Shown here in pieces: positions 38,056-47,800 of a DNA stretch of 59,780 nt (position 1 is its first letter; each line of letters opens with the position of its first letter). This stretch comes from a virus (taxonomy: Duplodnaviria; Caudoviricetes). The notes beneath the pieces are model-generated. The model was not told the origin of the DNA and searched no databases. It saw only the letters and a program-made list of their open reading frames with translations. The stretch covers positions 1 to 59,780 of IMG/VR virus record IMGVR_UViG_3300025084_000023. One strand, 5' to 3'. The position numbers were made by a program, and so were the translations under genes.

Positions 38056-38808
38056 CTACTTAGTCTCTGCGACTTTTTCTAGAAATTCTAGAACGTCTAG
38101 ACCATCATCACTTTGTAAGTAAGATGAGACCACATATAACGGGTCCTCTCCAAACGGAATAACAAGCATCCGTTTTTTATTAGTAGGAGTGTTAAAGAAC
38201 ACTTCCTTCTTATTCTTTCTAAAAGCTAACACGCCTTTATCAAAGAATGATTGTACCATTGAGTCAATATGTAAAGATGAATCTCCTACAACCTGCAAGA
38301 ATGCCGCAGGGTTCTGCTTAGCAAATAATAAAATATCTCTACGAAGCTCAGATGATGTAATTGTACTAGGGTCAGTACCAAACGCTACACGAGTAACCGC
38401 TTCTATTTGGTCTATGTTTAACTCACGAGCTGCAATCAACGCATCAGCTTCTAAGTTTAAATCCTCTAGTACTTCAGAAGCCTCTTTGGTTTTATCAACT
38501 AAAGAATACTTAACATCCTTTGCAGGGTGTAAATCTAAAAACTTCTGTAATACTTGGTTTGATTTTGGAACCGTTAAAAACCCATCCTCAAATACAATTG
38601 GCTCTAGTATTGCGTTGCCATCTTGCTCGTCCTCGAATGGACTCTGTTGGTTTCTTGCGTATCGAAGTGCTCTTTGCTCTCCCTTCTCCTCATCAAACCA
38701 TAGTAATGGGAATCTTCTTGAATTTCTTGAAGCAAGCATAAACGATAAAGGTGCGTCTTGACCTAATAGCTTGTACTGCTTATCTACGTACTCTACTGTT
38801 TTTTTCAT
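38056..38808 (-). CDS. Conserved phage protein downstream of the capsid gene
   Basis: LRYARNQQSPFEDEQ motif; ORF track. Confidence 0.7.
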   Translation of the reverse strand: MKKTVEYVDKQYKLLGQDAPLSFMLASRNSRRFPLLWFDEEKGEQRALRYARNQQSPFEDEQDGNAILEPIVFEDGFLTVPKSNQVLQKFLDLHPAKDVKYSLVDKTKEASEVLEDLNLEADALIAARELNIDQIEAVTRVAFGTDPSTITSSELRRDILLFAKQNPAAFLQVVGDSSLHIDSMVQSFFDKGVLAFRKNKKEVFFNTPTNKKRMLVIPFGEDPLYVVSSYLQSDDGLDVLEFLEKVAETK

Positions 38809-38871
38809 TTGAATTTAATTAGAATTTAAAAAATAGTTGTCACAAATATTTGCTAAATTTGTGACAAAATA

Positions 38872-38904
38872 CAAAAGTAAAAGGAGTCTGTTCGAACAGA
38901 CTCC
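38872..38904 (-). terminator. Terminator after the major capsid gene; stem is the 18-bp palindrome and the U-tract overlaps a TACTTTTG promoter box
   Basis: On the - strand, GG-AGTCTGTTCGAACAGACT-CC TTTTACTTTTG. Confidence 0.8.
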
Positions 38905-38916
38905 CTTTATAATCTA

Positions 38917-40362
38917 CTACTCTTGGAATAAGAAGAAGTTGTTTGCACCTAAAGTACATACAGCTCTCTCAGACAAGAAGTTAACCTCCATTGCATCCAA
39001 GTCAGAAGTAGCTGCGCCACCTGCTGAACCTGTAATCCAAGTCTTGTAACGTCTGTCTTCAGTTTGTGAAGCTCTGTAACGTACGTGTAAGAAAGGACGC
39101 TTAGCGTTCTTACCTAAGATTTGGTCATACACTGAAGTTGAACCTGCAGGCACTAATAACCCATTGATTCGACCTGAACCCGGACCTGTTGGTAAGCCAC
39201 CACGCATAGTTGGGTCATTTAAGTATTTCCAATCAGACTTGTAGAAGTCATAACCTCTTCGGAATCCTGTGAATCCTAAGTTTAACGCCATCTCTTGGTC
39301 ATTATCAAACAAACCATATGAAGTACCACCTGCTCCGTAAGAGTTTTGTGCTGCTAACATATCGTCAATGTCAAATCCAAACTGACGGTCAACGAAGATT
39401 ACATTCTCCTCAATCGCACCTTGCTTATCAAGACGTTGAATAATTGAATCAAAGTCACCTAATATGTTAGGGTTACCACCTGACCATACGTTACCACGTT
39501 GACTTACAGAGTAGAATACACCTTCAGAACCTGCGTTTACTGTACCTGCTGCACTTGCTGAAGATAAAGCTGCTTCTGCACCTGAACCTGTAGCTGCAGG
39601 AACTGCTTCCAACATAGCTGTCTCTAAGTAATCATCAAAACGTAAACGAGTTTCGTGCTCTGACTTCAAGTACCAAAGGTAACCTGTAGCACCGTTCTCA
39701 GTAGTTACTTCAACCCATCCAATCTGAGCCATATCAGAACCTGACACTGCGTACTTATCTTTTAAGATAATTGGCTTGTTTTCAAAGAATACGTCATCAG
39801 CTTCTAAAGAACCTACCATTCCTGCTGAACCTTTCTTAAATTCAGAACCGTAAACAAACATTGTGTACTTATCTGCAGTAACACCTGTGTGATTTGACCC
39901 ATAGTACGCCAACTCTATTTGGTTTGCATTTAATCCTCCTGCTACACCTACTTTTGTAACTAAGGCTTTAAGGTTTGCTCCACCTGTATTTTTAGTCAAC
40001 ATAACTGTTTGACCTACACGTATAGCAATAGTACCCGTACCCGGAGATAAATTGTCTCCAATAGTCCAAACTGCTGATGATGCAACACCTGCTGCACACG
40101 CAACGTCAACATACTTAGTGTGTAATCTTCCTTGCTCAGCCCATTTGATAAGGTCAGAGTTAGAAGGCATCTCTGCTCCTACTAAACGTAAGAAAGATGC
40201 TACGGTACGATTTCCGTAACGCTCAAATTCCTTCTCATAAGTATCAGGTAGATACTGATTTAAGAAGTTAAAATCTGTAATATAGTTACTCTGTAATGCA
40301 ACTTGCTCCGCACTCGGCTGTAATGCCGGTTGCCCTGCAGCTCCTGTAATAGCTCCTGCCAT
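38917..40362 (-). CDS. Major capsid protein
   Basis: Follows portal and scaffold genes; strongly biased codon use; QYLPDTYEKEFERYGNR...KWAEQGRLH pattern; terminator downstream. Confidence 0.85.
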   Translation of the reverse strand: MAGAITGAAGQPALQPSAEQVALQSNYITDFNFLNQYLPDTYEKEFERYGNRTVASFLRLVGAEMPSNSDLIKWAEQGRLHTKYVDVACAAGVASSAVWTIGDNLSPGTGTIAIRVGQTVMLTKNTGGANLKALVTKVGVAGGLNANQIELAYYGSNHTGVTADKYTMFVYGSEFKKGSAGMVGSLEADDVFFENKPIILKDKYAVSGSDMAQIGWVEVTTENGATGYLWYLKSEHETRLRFDDYLETAMLEAVPAATGSGAEAALSSASAAGTVNAGSEGVFYSVSQRGNVWSGGNPNILGDFDSIIQRLDKQGAIEENVIFVDRQFGFDIDDMLAAQNSYGAGGTSYGLFDNDQEMALNLGFTGFRRGYDFYKSDWKYLNDPTMRGGLPTGPGSGRINGLLVPAGSTSVYDQILGKNAKRPFLHVRYRASQTEDRRYKTWITGSAGGAATSDLDAMEVNFLSERAVCTLGANNFFLFQE

Positions 40363-40381
40363 TTTTTCTAATTTTTAAAAT

Positions 40382-41464
40382 TTATGTTCTTTTAATACTT
40401 CTAATCTTTAAACCACGACCTGAATCATTATTTAAAGATTTAAACTGTGTCCCTGATTTAGACGATACCTCAGGTGTGTTACGAGTTGTCATATTGATGT
40501 TCTTAGTCTTCCTCATCACATCCTCTGTGGCATTTGCCTTACCCTGCTCATAAAAATATTGAGCAAACTTTTCAGGATTCATTGCAACTGCTAACGCTTT
40601 ATGGTATCCTACAGCGTCCTTCATAAGCCCGTTTTCATCTAAGTACTTGTTAACAAAGTTCATAGGTGATAACTGTGACTTCTTAGTTTCTTCTGCACTA
40701 CCCGGACTATACGTAACTTTATTTTCTCCAATATTGAACTCAAAACCTTTGAACTCATTGTTAAAAACTTCATCAGTCTTCTGCATAAACCACTCAGACT
40801 TTCGTTTAGTTTCCTCTTGCTGCGTTGCAGCTTCGTTTAAATATTGCTTGTAAGCATTGTACTGCTCCTTCTCACTCTCAGAGATAGCTTCCGGCCTTGA
40901 CTCAAGGGGTTGCTTGTATTTCTCTTGCTGCTCAATAAAGTAGTTTTTAGCTTTAGCAATAGCTTTCTTCTTTGCTACTTTGACTTTCTTAATATCCGAC
41001 TCGTCATCTAAGTCTGCATCGTAGGAGTACTCATCCATTAATGACTGTATATCGTCATCATCAAGAGCTGTCTCCGTAGCCTTAAGGTAGTCACGTAGCA
41101 AAGCATCAGGATTCGCTTCATCAAAATTACGTTGTAACTTAACGTAATCACTTATCCCACGTCCTGTTTCTTTTTTATATTTAAAATAAGCAGCAACATC
41201 TTCAGGTAGCTCTTCTTGAGATTCTCTCTCAGCAAAAAGCTCATCCATTGATGAAATCTCCTTATTGTATCTATTCTTAATATGTGAAAGAACTTGCTCT
41301 TCAGTTAAGCCTTCGGGTTCAGTAGTCTCTACTACCTGCTCAACAACTTCTTCTTTAGGTGTTGAGTCCTCAAACTGCTCTTCGTGCTTTTCTAATAATT
41401 CTTCTTCGACTTGTGCTATAGATTTTTCTTCTATACCGTCTACTGCTCTTACTTTTAATTCCAT
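40382..41464 (-). CDS. Capsid scaffolding protein
   Basis: Acidic coiled-coil directly upstream of the MCP; FYEQGKANA motif. Confidence 0.7.
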   Translation of the reverse strand: MELKVRAVDGIEEKSIAQVEEELLEKHEEQFEDSTPKEEVVEQVVETTEPEGLTEEQVLSHIKNRYNKEISSMDELFAERESQEELPEDVAAYFKYKKETGRGISDYVKLQRNFDEANPDALLRDYLKATETALDDDDIQSLMDEYSYDADLDDESDIKKVKVAKKKAIAKAKNYFIEQQEKYKQPLESRPEAISESEKEQYNAYKQYLNEAATQQEETKRKSEWFMQKTDEVFNNEFKGFEFNIGENKVTYSPGSAEETKKSQLSPMNFVNKYLDENGLMKDAVGYHKALAVAMNPEKFAQYFYEQGKANATEDVMRKTKNINMTTRNTPEVSSKSGTQFKSLNNDSGRGLKIRSIKRT

Positions 41465-41480
41465 TTGATTTGATTTTATG

Positions 41481-41488
41481 CAAAGTTA
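41481..41488 (-). promoter_or_regulatory. -7 promoter box TAACTTTG for scaffold/MCP
   Basis: CAAAGTTA on +, 17 nt upstream of ATG 41464. Confidence 0.6.
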
Positions 41489-41507
41489 AACAATTAATTG
41501 ATACGAT

Positions 41508-41753
41508 TTAAGCGTATTTAGATGTGACCTTTCCCGCCTTGGTATTAGACACAAACTGCTTTGTTCGTCCGCTTTTCTTTTTCTTTTTTGCTGTAGCTGC
41601 TCGCTCTGACTTAGACATACTCTTAGCCTTAGCTAGAGGTAAACACCTGTCAGGGTTTTTCTTATTCTTACTAGTACCGCAGGCTCCCTTAATAGAACCA
41701 TCGGTTCCAATACGAACCCACTTCTCGTCTCTCCACTTCTTTAACTCACCCAT
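41508..41753 (-). CDS. Small basic protein
   Basis: LKKWRDEKWVRI...CG...CLP pattern. Confidence 0.7.
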   Translation of the reverse strand: MGELKKWRDEKWVRIGTDGSIKGACGTSKNKKNPDRCLPLAKAKSMSKSERAATAKKKKKSGRTKQFVSNTKAGKVTSKYA

Positions 41754-41905
41754 TACTTTGATTTTTTAGCGTAATTAGGGTCCTTGCAATATTTACTCGC
41801 AGCCATATTTGCATACGCTGACGGGTACCTATCGAATGTTCTTTTAGCCCAAGCTATTCCTGCAGGGCATATCTTATTTCCTTTTGTTCTTCCTTTTGTA
41901 GCCAT
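41753..41905 (-). CDS. Small basic protein (50 aa, MATKGRTKGNKICPAG...YPSAYAN)
   Basis: ORF read manually; TAATG coupling with the next gene. Confidence 0.7.
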   Translation of the reverse strand: MATKGRTKGNKICPAGIAWAKRTFDRYPSAYANMAASKYCKDPNYAKKSK

Positions 41906-41907
41906 AT

Positions 41908-44343
41908 CTATCTAGGTGAAAATTCAGACAAATCAAAACCATCTAAGCTATCCTCGTTAGACTCAAACTTCATAGGAGGAAGGTTATTTTTTCTCTGACT
42001 TATTAACTTACTTTGTTCTGTATTTTGTTGGCTTATACGAGCACTCTTAGCTTCTTCACGTTGAGTCTCTCTACTTTGCAGTGCATTCTCAGATATATCT
42101 CTAAGACGCATATTAAAGTCAAACTCTTTATCCATAAGCGTAGCCTTAAGCTGTGCCTCGTTATTCATCTTCTGAATATCAAATGCAACCTCCGCCTGTT
42201 TAATCTGCATCTTGGCTTGAGTCTCAGCCTGTATCTTTTGCATAGCTGTTTGAGCTGCAAGCTGCTGTGACTTAATCTGCTGCTGAGCTGTAACAGCCTG
42301 CTTCTGCATAGCCATCTTTTCATCACGCTCTTGTTTCTTAATACGCTTAACTTTAAGAAGTTGATTAGCAACTTTAAGATTTCTAAGCTCTCTAATATCA
42401 ATTGCATCCTCTAGGTTTATATCACCCTTAGATAGAGCCATCTGTATATTCTGCTCTAACTGTGCTCTTTCCTCTTCATCAGGAGAAACCTCTATAAATA
42501 TCCCGAAATCATATATATATAAATCGTTAATCTCATTAAGGATACCTACGTTATATTTTCCTATCTGATTAGCAAACTCATCTTTAAAATCTGCGTACTG
42601 CAAAATATCAGATACTCTATACGTTAAGGCTTGAGCTAAACTTCTGTACATAAATAAACTTGCATCTAGTATATGCCTTGTAGCTGTGTTTGAATTTAAA
42701 GCAGCTAACTTCTGCACGCCAACCAATGAGTTTGGGTCAGGAGTAGAACCATCTCTAGCTTCATTTAATCCTGTCACCGCACGTATCATTCCTAAGTAAT
42801 GGTTATAGTTTCCTATAAGCATCTGAGTTTTACTAGCTCCCGAGTTTGATGTAAGCTGTTGAATAGGAACCTTACCTTGATTGTATTCACCATCCTGCGT
42901 GTAACTTCTACCTATCACACTACCTGTTTGGAAGTACAATCGTAAAGCATCTTCAGGGTTATAAGCATTACCTGTACCTAAATCAACCTCGTTTAATCCG
43001 TCCGCATCTATATAAACACCGTCAGGTACAACCTTAGATATAACCTGCTGCAGTTTTAAGTGAGTCATCTGAATTAAATCAGCAAAAGGAATCATCCTTC
43101 TAACTAACGACTCAATCACACCCTTATACATTCTTGGTGCTACAGCTACATAGTTTGGTATAGCGTGCTGACTAGCCGACTTAGGTCGAACCATATTCTC
43201 AGCAAGCTCCCACTTTAATATAATGTTAGTACCCATAACCATAACGCCATCGTACCATACATCAATAGTCTTCTCAACCTTCTCAAACTTACCCTCATCC
43301 ATCATCTCTTGTGGTGGATTGAATTGGTCATCCTTCTCAATCATCTTAGAACCACCATTATCGTACACCTTCTTTTTGTATACAATCTTTTTTGTGGTCT
43401 TGTAATTAAAGTATAATAACGTAGCTGAATCCCTAGAGAATATATTGTTTTGGAACATCTGCGCTGAGTTGTAGTAATCGTACCAACTCTGACTATACTT
43501 TGATATTTTCTGCAAGTCATCGTTAGTAAGTGAAGGGTCAATCTTCATCAGCTCTATTATAGGTAGAGTCTTTATCTCTCCCCAATAGAAACAATCTTTA
43601 AAGTGAGGGTCTTCAGTATAGCTGTAAACTACATTTGCAGGGTCTACATAACTAACCTTTACTCCCGAGCCCGGAAGGAACTCGTGCTTTGCTACGCCAA
43701 TACCAATAACAGTAAGGTCGTAGTCAAATCTTTTACGTAGGTCAACGTATTCATTCTCAGCAAACAAAGTATTTATAGCTTCCTCTTCTGCTATCTCAAT
43801 AGCAGGTTTGTAGTTAAGATTCATATACAACGAAAGCTCCTCGTCATTTTCAGGCAAATCATCAGGGTCCATAGTAAATGGATTCATTCCTGTATTCTCC
43901 TGTATAGTTGTAAGAACATCCTTGGCAGCCATCTGCCCTTGTATCATATCTTGAAACTTACTTCGCTTGTCTTGAGACATAGCATCCTCAGCATACGCAC
44001 TAACCTTAAATAATCTGTCAGACATTCCATTAACAACGATGTCTACAAACTTAGGAAGTATAGGTACGGGTGTCCAATCTAAATTAAGGTAAGATAAATC
44101 ACCATCTACAGCAAGCTCATTTTTATACTTAGCAATCGACTGCTCGCCTCTTGCGTATAAACGTAGCCTCCTAAAGTCTCTTTGTTGGTCGTAGAACTTA
44201 CAGTTATTAGAATCCTTCTTAAACCATTCATACTGAATAGCTTGACCTATCTGTAATCCAAACTCATCCGTAGCTTTTTCAGCATCAGAAACAAATTGAC
44301 TAGGAAATCCTGCAGCCGTAATATTTATATTTACCTCTTTCAT
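41908..44343 (-). CDS. Portal protein
   Basis: 811 aa directly after the terminase; LRLYARGEQ, WTPVPILPKFVDIVVNG, TGLNEARDG; Gln-rich coiled-coil tail. Confidence 0.85.
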   Translation of the reverse strand: MKEVNINITAAGFPSQFVSDAEKATDEFGLQIGQAIQYEWFKKDSNNCKFYDQQRDFRRLRLYARGEQSIAKYKNELAVDGDLSYLNLDWTPVPILPKFVDIVVNGMSDRLFKVSAYAEDAMSQDKRSKFQDMIQGQMAAKDVLTTIQENTGMNPFTMDPDDLPENDEELSLYMNLNYKPAIEIAEEEAINTLFAENEYVDLRKRFDYDLTVIGIGVAKHEFLPGSGVKVSYVDPANVVYSYTEDPHFKDCFYWGEIKTLPIIELMKIDPSLTNDDLQKISKYSQSWYDYYNSAQMFQNNIFSRDSATLLYFNYKTTKKIVYKKKVYDNGGSKMIEKDDQFNPPQEMMDEGKFEKVEKTIDVWYDGVMVMGTNIILKWELAENMVRPKSASQHAIPNYVAVAPRMYKGVIESLVRRMIPFADLIQMTHLKLQQVISKVVPDGVYIDADGLNEVDLGTGNAYNPEDALRLYFQTGSVIGRSYTQDGEYNQGKVPIQQLTSNSGASKTQMLIGNYNHYLGMIRAVTGLNEARDGSTPDPNSLVGVQKLAALNSNTATRHILDASLFMYRSLAQALTYRVSDILQYADFKDEFANQIGKYNVGILNEINDLYIYDFGIFIEVSPDEEERAQLEQNIQMALSKGDINLEDAIDIRELRNLKVANQLLKVKRIKKQERDEKMAMQKQAVTAQQQIKSQQLAAQTAMQKIQAETQAKMQIKQAEVAFDIQKMNNEAQLKATLMDKEFDFNMRLRDISENALQSRETQREEAKSARISQQNTEQSKLISQRKNNLPPMKFESNEDSLDGFDLSEFSPR

Positions 44344-46590
44344 CTATCTTAATAATTCACTGATTGACCCCTTGTTGTTATATCTCCCAAAGGTAATACT
44401 TATTTTTGACTCTTTTTGTTCCGGAAGGTAGGTGTGCTTTTGGTTTGCCATTATAGCTAGGCCTGAACTTATAGAAGCATCAAACTTAGTTCTGTTATTA
44501 ATATCAAACCTAGCCCAATCTTCTAGCGTAGAAGCAAAAGGCATAGTACCCATCTCGTCCGAATCTCTGTAGTTACTGTTCATATCTAGTCCGATATGCT
44601 TTTCAATGTAAGACTCAATTGCGGATGCGTGAGACTGCTTAACATCCTCAGATGAGTTAGGTATCCCTCCCAACTCTTTCTCTGTCTTAGAGAGCTTGTT
44701 AAACTGCTTGTCAGGTCTATTCATTGAGTACCCTCTGTAACCTCTGTTCTTGAAGTGGTATAAAAGCCTAGGCTTATTATTCTCACACAAGATTGGCATA
44801 CCATAAAATATACAGGCCATAAGCACTTCCTCGAAAAATATCTCAGCCGTCTGAGGCCTTGCGATATACTCTAAGAAAAACTCACTACTTGGAGCCTCGT
44901 CCATATTAAACTTAGTAAGCCCGTGCAAAGAACCGTTAGAACCTTTACCTCCAACAGTACCTGATATGTCGTATGAGTCACACCCAAATGACCCGATGTG
45001 CTCATTCCCCGGGTACTTCATACCCCTTTTTGTTACGATATTATTCTGTAGATTTTTATTCGGAACCCAACTAACCAAAAACCTACCACGAGAGTCAGGG
45101 CTAAATACAACTTGAGTATCCTTCTGACCATCCTTCCAATGAAACGAACCACGAGTTACGTGATGCTCCATTATTAGTGAGTCATTGTAATCTATCTGTT
45201 GGTATATCTTAGTTAGGTTAAATAAAGATGATTTACTTTCATCTCTAAATGCGTGCGACTCTGTGCGAGGGAATTGTCTGTAAAATTCATTTAACGCATC
45301 AGCGTCACTCTTTAAAGAGTCAACCTCTGCAGTCCAATAATCAACAGCCCCATTACTTATCATTTCTCCATCTACTCCCTCAATTGGTTTAGAAGGTTTT
45401 TTAAATACAGGCATTCCGTATCTATCAATAAAGCCCTCCATATTCCATTCCATAGGAATAAATAATGCATACATTCCACTTTTAGTCTGTCCGTTTGCAT
45501 TTCTACTCTCTACATTTGAATCCTCGTATAGCTTCTTGAAGTTATTACCACCCTTAGATAATGCATTTGAGGTTGACCCCATCATACACTTACCTATAAT
45601 CTTACTACCCAAACGTAGACAGGTCTTTGTAACACGCCAATTGTTTAGTATGTTATTTGGTTTAATCCACTTCCCACTCTCATCGTGTACTAGGAGTAAT
45701 AGCTTCTCACCATCATACGAGTTGTCATCTGTGTTCTTCCAATCTATTGTAGTATCCAAGCCTTCAAGCTCTTCCGCTTCAACGTCATACATATTCTTCT
45801 TTGTAATCTTAGATGCAGGAATCCTAAAGGCTAACTCAGTCTTTGGCTTATCCATACCATCCATAATAGGTTTAAAGAAGAAAGGAAGTCTACCGTTTAT
45901 AGGAACTACCTTGTCTGTAAACATCTTTTTAGCATCCGAACCCGTCTTAGATAGTATCCCTACCCTAGAGTCTTTTGCTAACGTACCTGTATTAACAGCT
46001 TCCGATGAACCCATAAAAGAAAACCCTGAACGTCTTATCTTTAGATAGGTCATTCCAAACGAACGCTTATCAGCTTTACACGCTTCCCAAAAAATAAAAA
46101 AGATTCTGTTAGCCTCACGATAGTCAGGATAACCAACATCAATACTAGTCCATTGAAGATACATATAATGAGAACCTGTGATATACGTAGGTTCTCCTTT
46201 ATTCATAAACCAATAACCGTCTTCCCTTCTGTCAAACTCAGTCTCAATGTAATCAATCCACCTATCCTTAAAGACAGCAGGCATCTCATTCCATTGGAAT
46301 ATTGAGTTTATCTTTTGTAATTCTTTCGGGAACTCTGCTCGCTCCCAATACTGAAGCGATTTAGTCTTGTGTCTTTGCGGGGTTATCTCAGGTCTTAATG
46401 GTAGTCCTATCTTTAATCCTGATATCTCTACCACTTCTCCTATCTGCCCGGTCTTAGATATATTTATAAAGTCGTATTGCTCGTTGTAACCATACAACCA
46501 ACTTCTTCCGTTATTTTTTTTCTTTAACGGTCCTTTAGGTATGTAGCCATCGACTACTCTGTATAAGTTATTTTGACCTTCGTTCTGCAA
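44344..46590 (-). CDS. terL: Terminase large subunit
   Basis: LKIRRSGFS Walker A variant, HDESGK Walker B, GSTSN, FGCDSYD nuclease motif, C-terminal FDASIS. Confidence 0.9.
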   Translation of the reverse strand: MQNEGQNNLYRVVDGYIPKGPLKKKNNGRSWLYGYNEQYDFINISKTGQIGEVVEISGLKIGLPLRPEITPQRHKTKSLQYWERAEFPKELQKINSIFQWNEMPAVFKDRWIDYIETEFDRREDGYWFMNKGEPTYITGSHYMYLQWTSIDVGYPDYREANRIFFIFWEACKADKRSFGMTYLKIRRSGFSFMGSSEAVNTGTLAKDSRVGILSKTGSDAKKMFTDKVVPINGRLPFFFKPIMDGMDKPKTELAFRIPASKITKKNMYDVEAEELEGLDTTIDWKNTDDNSYDGEKLLLLVHDESGKWIKPNNILNNWRVTKTCLRLGSKIIGKCMMGSTSNALSKGGNNFKKLYEDSNVESRNANGQTKSGMYALFIPMEWNMEGFIDRYGMPVFKKPSKPIEGVDGEMISNGAVDYWTAEVDSLKSDADALNEFYRQFPRTESHAFRDESKSSLFNLTKIYQQIDYNDSLIMEHHVTRGSFHWKDGQKDTQVVFSPDSRGRFLVSWVPNKNLQNNIVTKRGMKYPGNEHIGSFGCDSYDISGTVGGKGSNGSLHGLTKFNMDEAPSSEFFLEYIARPQTAEIFFEEVLMACIFYGMPILCENNKPRLLYHFKNRGYRGYSMNRPDKQFNKLSKTEKELGGIPNSSEDVKQSHASAIESYIEKHIGLDMNSNYRDSDEMGTMPFASTLEDWARFDINNRTKFDASISSGLAIMANQKHTYLPEQKESKISITFGRYNNKGSISELLR

Positions 46591-46849
46591 ATCCTTGTTT
46601 GGTGTCTGTTCTTTTTGGTCCCTGAGCTTCTATCTTTAAATTATCTTGCTCGCTATCAATGCGCTTAAGTATCTCAAACGCATCGAATATAGATAGCTTC
46701 TTTGATGCAGCCGCATTCTTTAACTTGTCTGCAGCTAAATCATCTTCAGGGTCAGGCTTTATAATATCCTCCTTAGCAACCTTTATCAGTTGCTTCACAG
46801 CTTTATATCCTGCCTCTATAATTTCTTTTCTTAACTCTGTAGAATCCAT
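46568..46849 (-). CDS. Putative terminase small subunit
   Basis: Small helical ORF overlapping the terL start. Confidence 0.5.
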   Translation of the reverse strand: MDSTELRKEIIEAGYKAVKQLIKVAKEDIIKPDPEDDLAADKLKNAAASKKLSIFDAFEILKRIDSEQDNLKIEAQGPKRTDTKQGFAERRSK

Positions 46850-46850
46850 A

Positions 46851-47414
46851 CTAAGCCTTCATAGTTATCTGATGGTCAAATACTCTGTAGAGAACCTCGT
46901 CATCAATTGTAAACTCATACTCGCTATCAGGCGTAAAGAAAACTCTATCACCATCCTGCACGCCTTTAGATTTTAGATAATCATTCGAGTACACCATATC
47001 ACCCATAAGAGGTTCGTACTTACAGGCCTTGTCCATAAAGCTGTCTAACTTATCTATAGGTTTTACAAAACAAAATCTATCGTGACTATTCCAACGTCCG
47101 TCTCTTTTGTATAAGTAAAATTGGTCATTATCTACAAAGAATAAATCATCCTTGAAATAACTCTTACCACTTTTACGTCTACCCTTAATATCGTTGTAGA
47201 ACTTAAATACGTTATGGTGAACTAAAAGAACATCACCTATACTTACAGGTCCTTTATATCCTACAGGAGTCTCAACCACCGTAGCCTGCCTATTAGAAAA
47301 CTTGTGCTCTTCCTCTGAAGTATTGACGATAAACTCCATACCACCAATAGTCTTGGTGTTCGAGTATCGTTTACCCTCAATAGGTCTTACTATGAAATTA
47401 AATGGGGACTTCAT
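46851..47414 (-). CDS. GroES-like two-domain protein (start adjusted to MKSPFN)
   Basis: FIVRP...GG..IV...ATVV..P...GDVLLV and FVKP...GDRVFF segments recall the cpn10 fold. Confidence 0.5.
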   Translation of the reverse strand: MKSPFNFIVRPIEGKRYSNTKTIGGMEFIVNTSEEEHKFSNRQATVVETPVGYKGPVSIGDVLLVHHNVFKFYNDIKGRRKSGKSYFKDDLFFVDNDQFYLYKRDGRWNSHDRFCFVKPIDKLDSFMDKACKYEPLMGDMVYSNDYLKSKGVQDGDRVFFTPDSEYEFTIDDEVLYRVFDHQITMKA

Positions 47415-47569
47415 TAAGAGCCGCACGCTTCACAGTCCTCGTCATCTATACTGCAAGCCTCGGGCTGTTCTTTTTCTTCTAGGTCAACTATCCAAGAATC
47501 TAAAGTATCCTTCTTAGATTTGTCTGCTCTTTTTGCAGAGTCTTTTATAAAATCGTCATCGTAACTCAT
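47414..47569 (-). CDS. 51-aa acidic peptide ending ACSIDDEDCEACGS
   Basis: ORF read manually; ATG 2 nt after the upstream stop, TAATG coupling downstream. Confidence 0.75.
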   Translation of the reverse strand: MSYDDDFIKDSAKRADKSKKDTLDSWIVDLEEKEQPEACSIDDEDCEACGS

Positions 47570-47570
47570 A

Positions 47571-47795
47571 CTAGAAATTTATATTGTATTCGATTGAAAT
47601 TGGTATACTAGAGTTAAACTCTTTCCACAAAACTATAACATCCTCACGTTGAATCCAAATCTTATACGATATAGATTCTTTATCGTACTGTATAAGGTGT
47701 ATCTTGTGTGATGCTCCTAGAATTTCCTGACCAACTAAGTAGTGCATTGCACCTGACTTGTAGTCCGGTCCAACAGATATTTTTCTAATATCCAT
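47571..47795 (-). CDS. Conserved phage hypothetical protein
   Basis: IRKISVGPDYK..AMHY.VGQ pattern. Confidence 0.7.
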   Translation of the reverse strand: MDIRKISVGPDYKSGAMHYLVGQEILGASHKIHLIQYDKESISYKIWIQREDVIVLWKEFNSSIPISIEYNINF

Positions 47796-47800
47796 AATTA

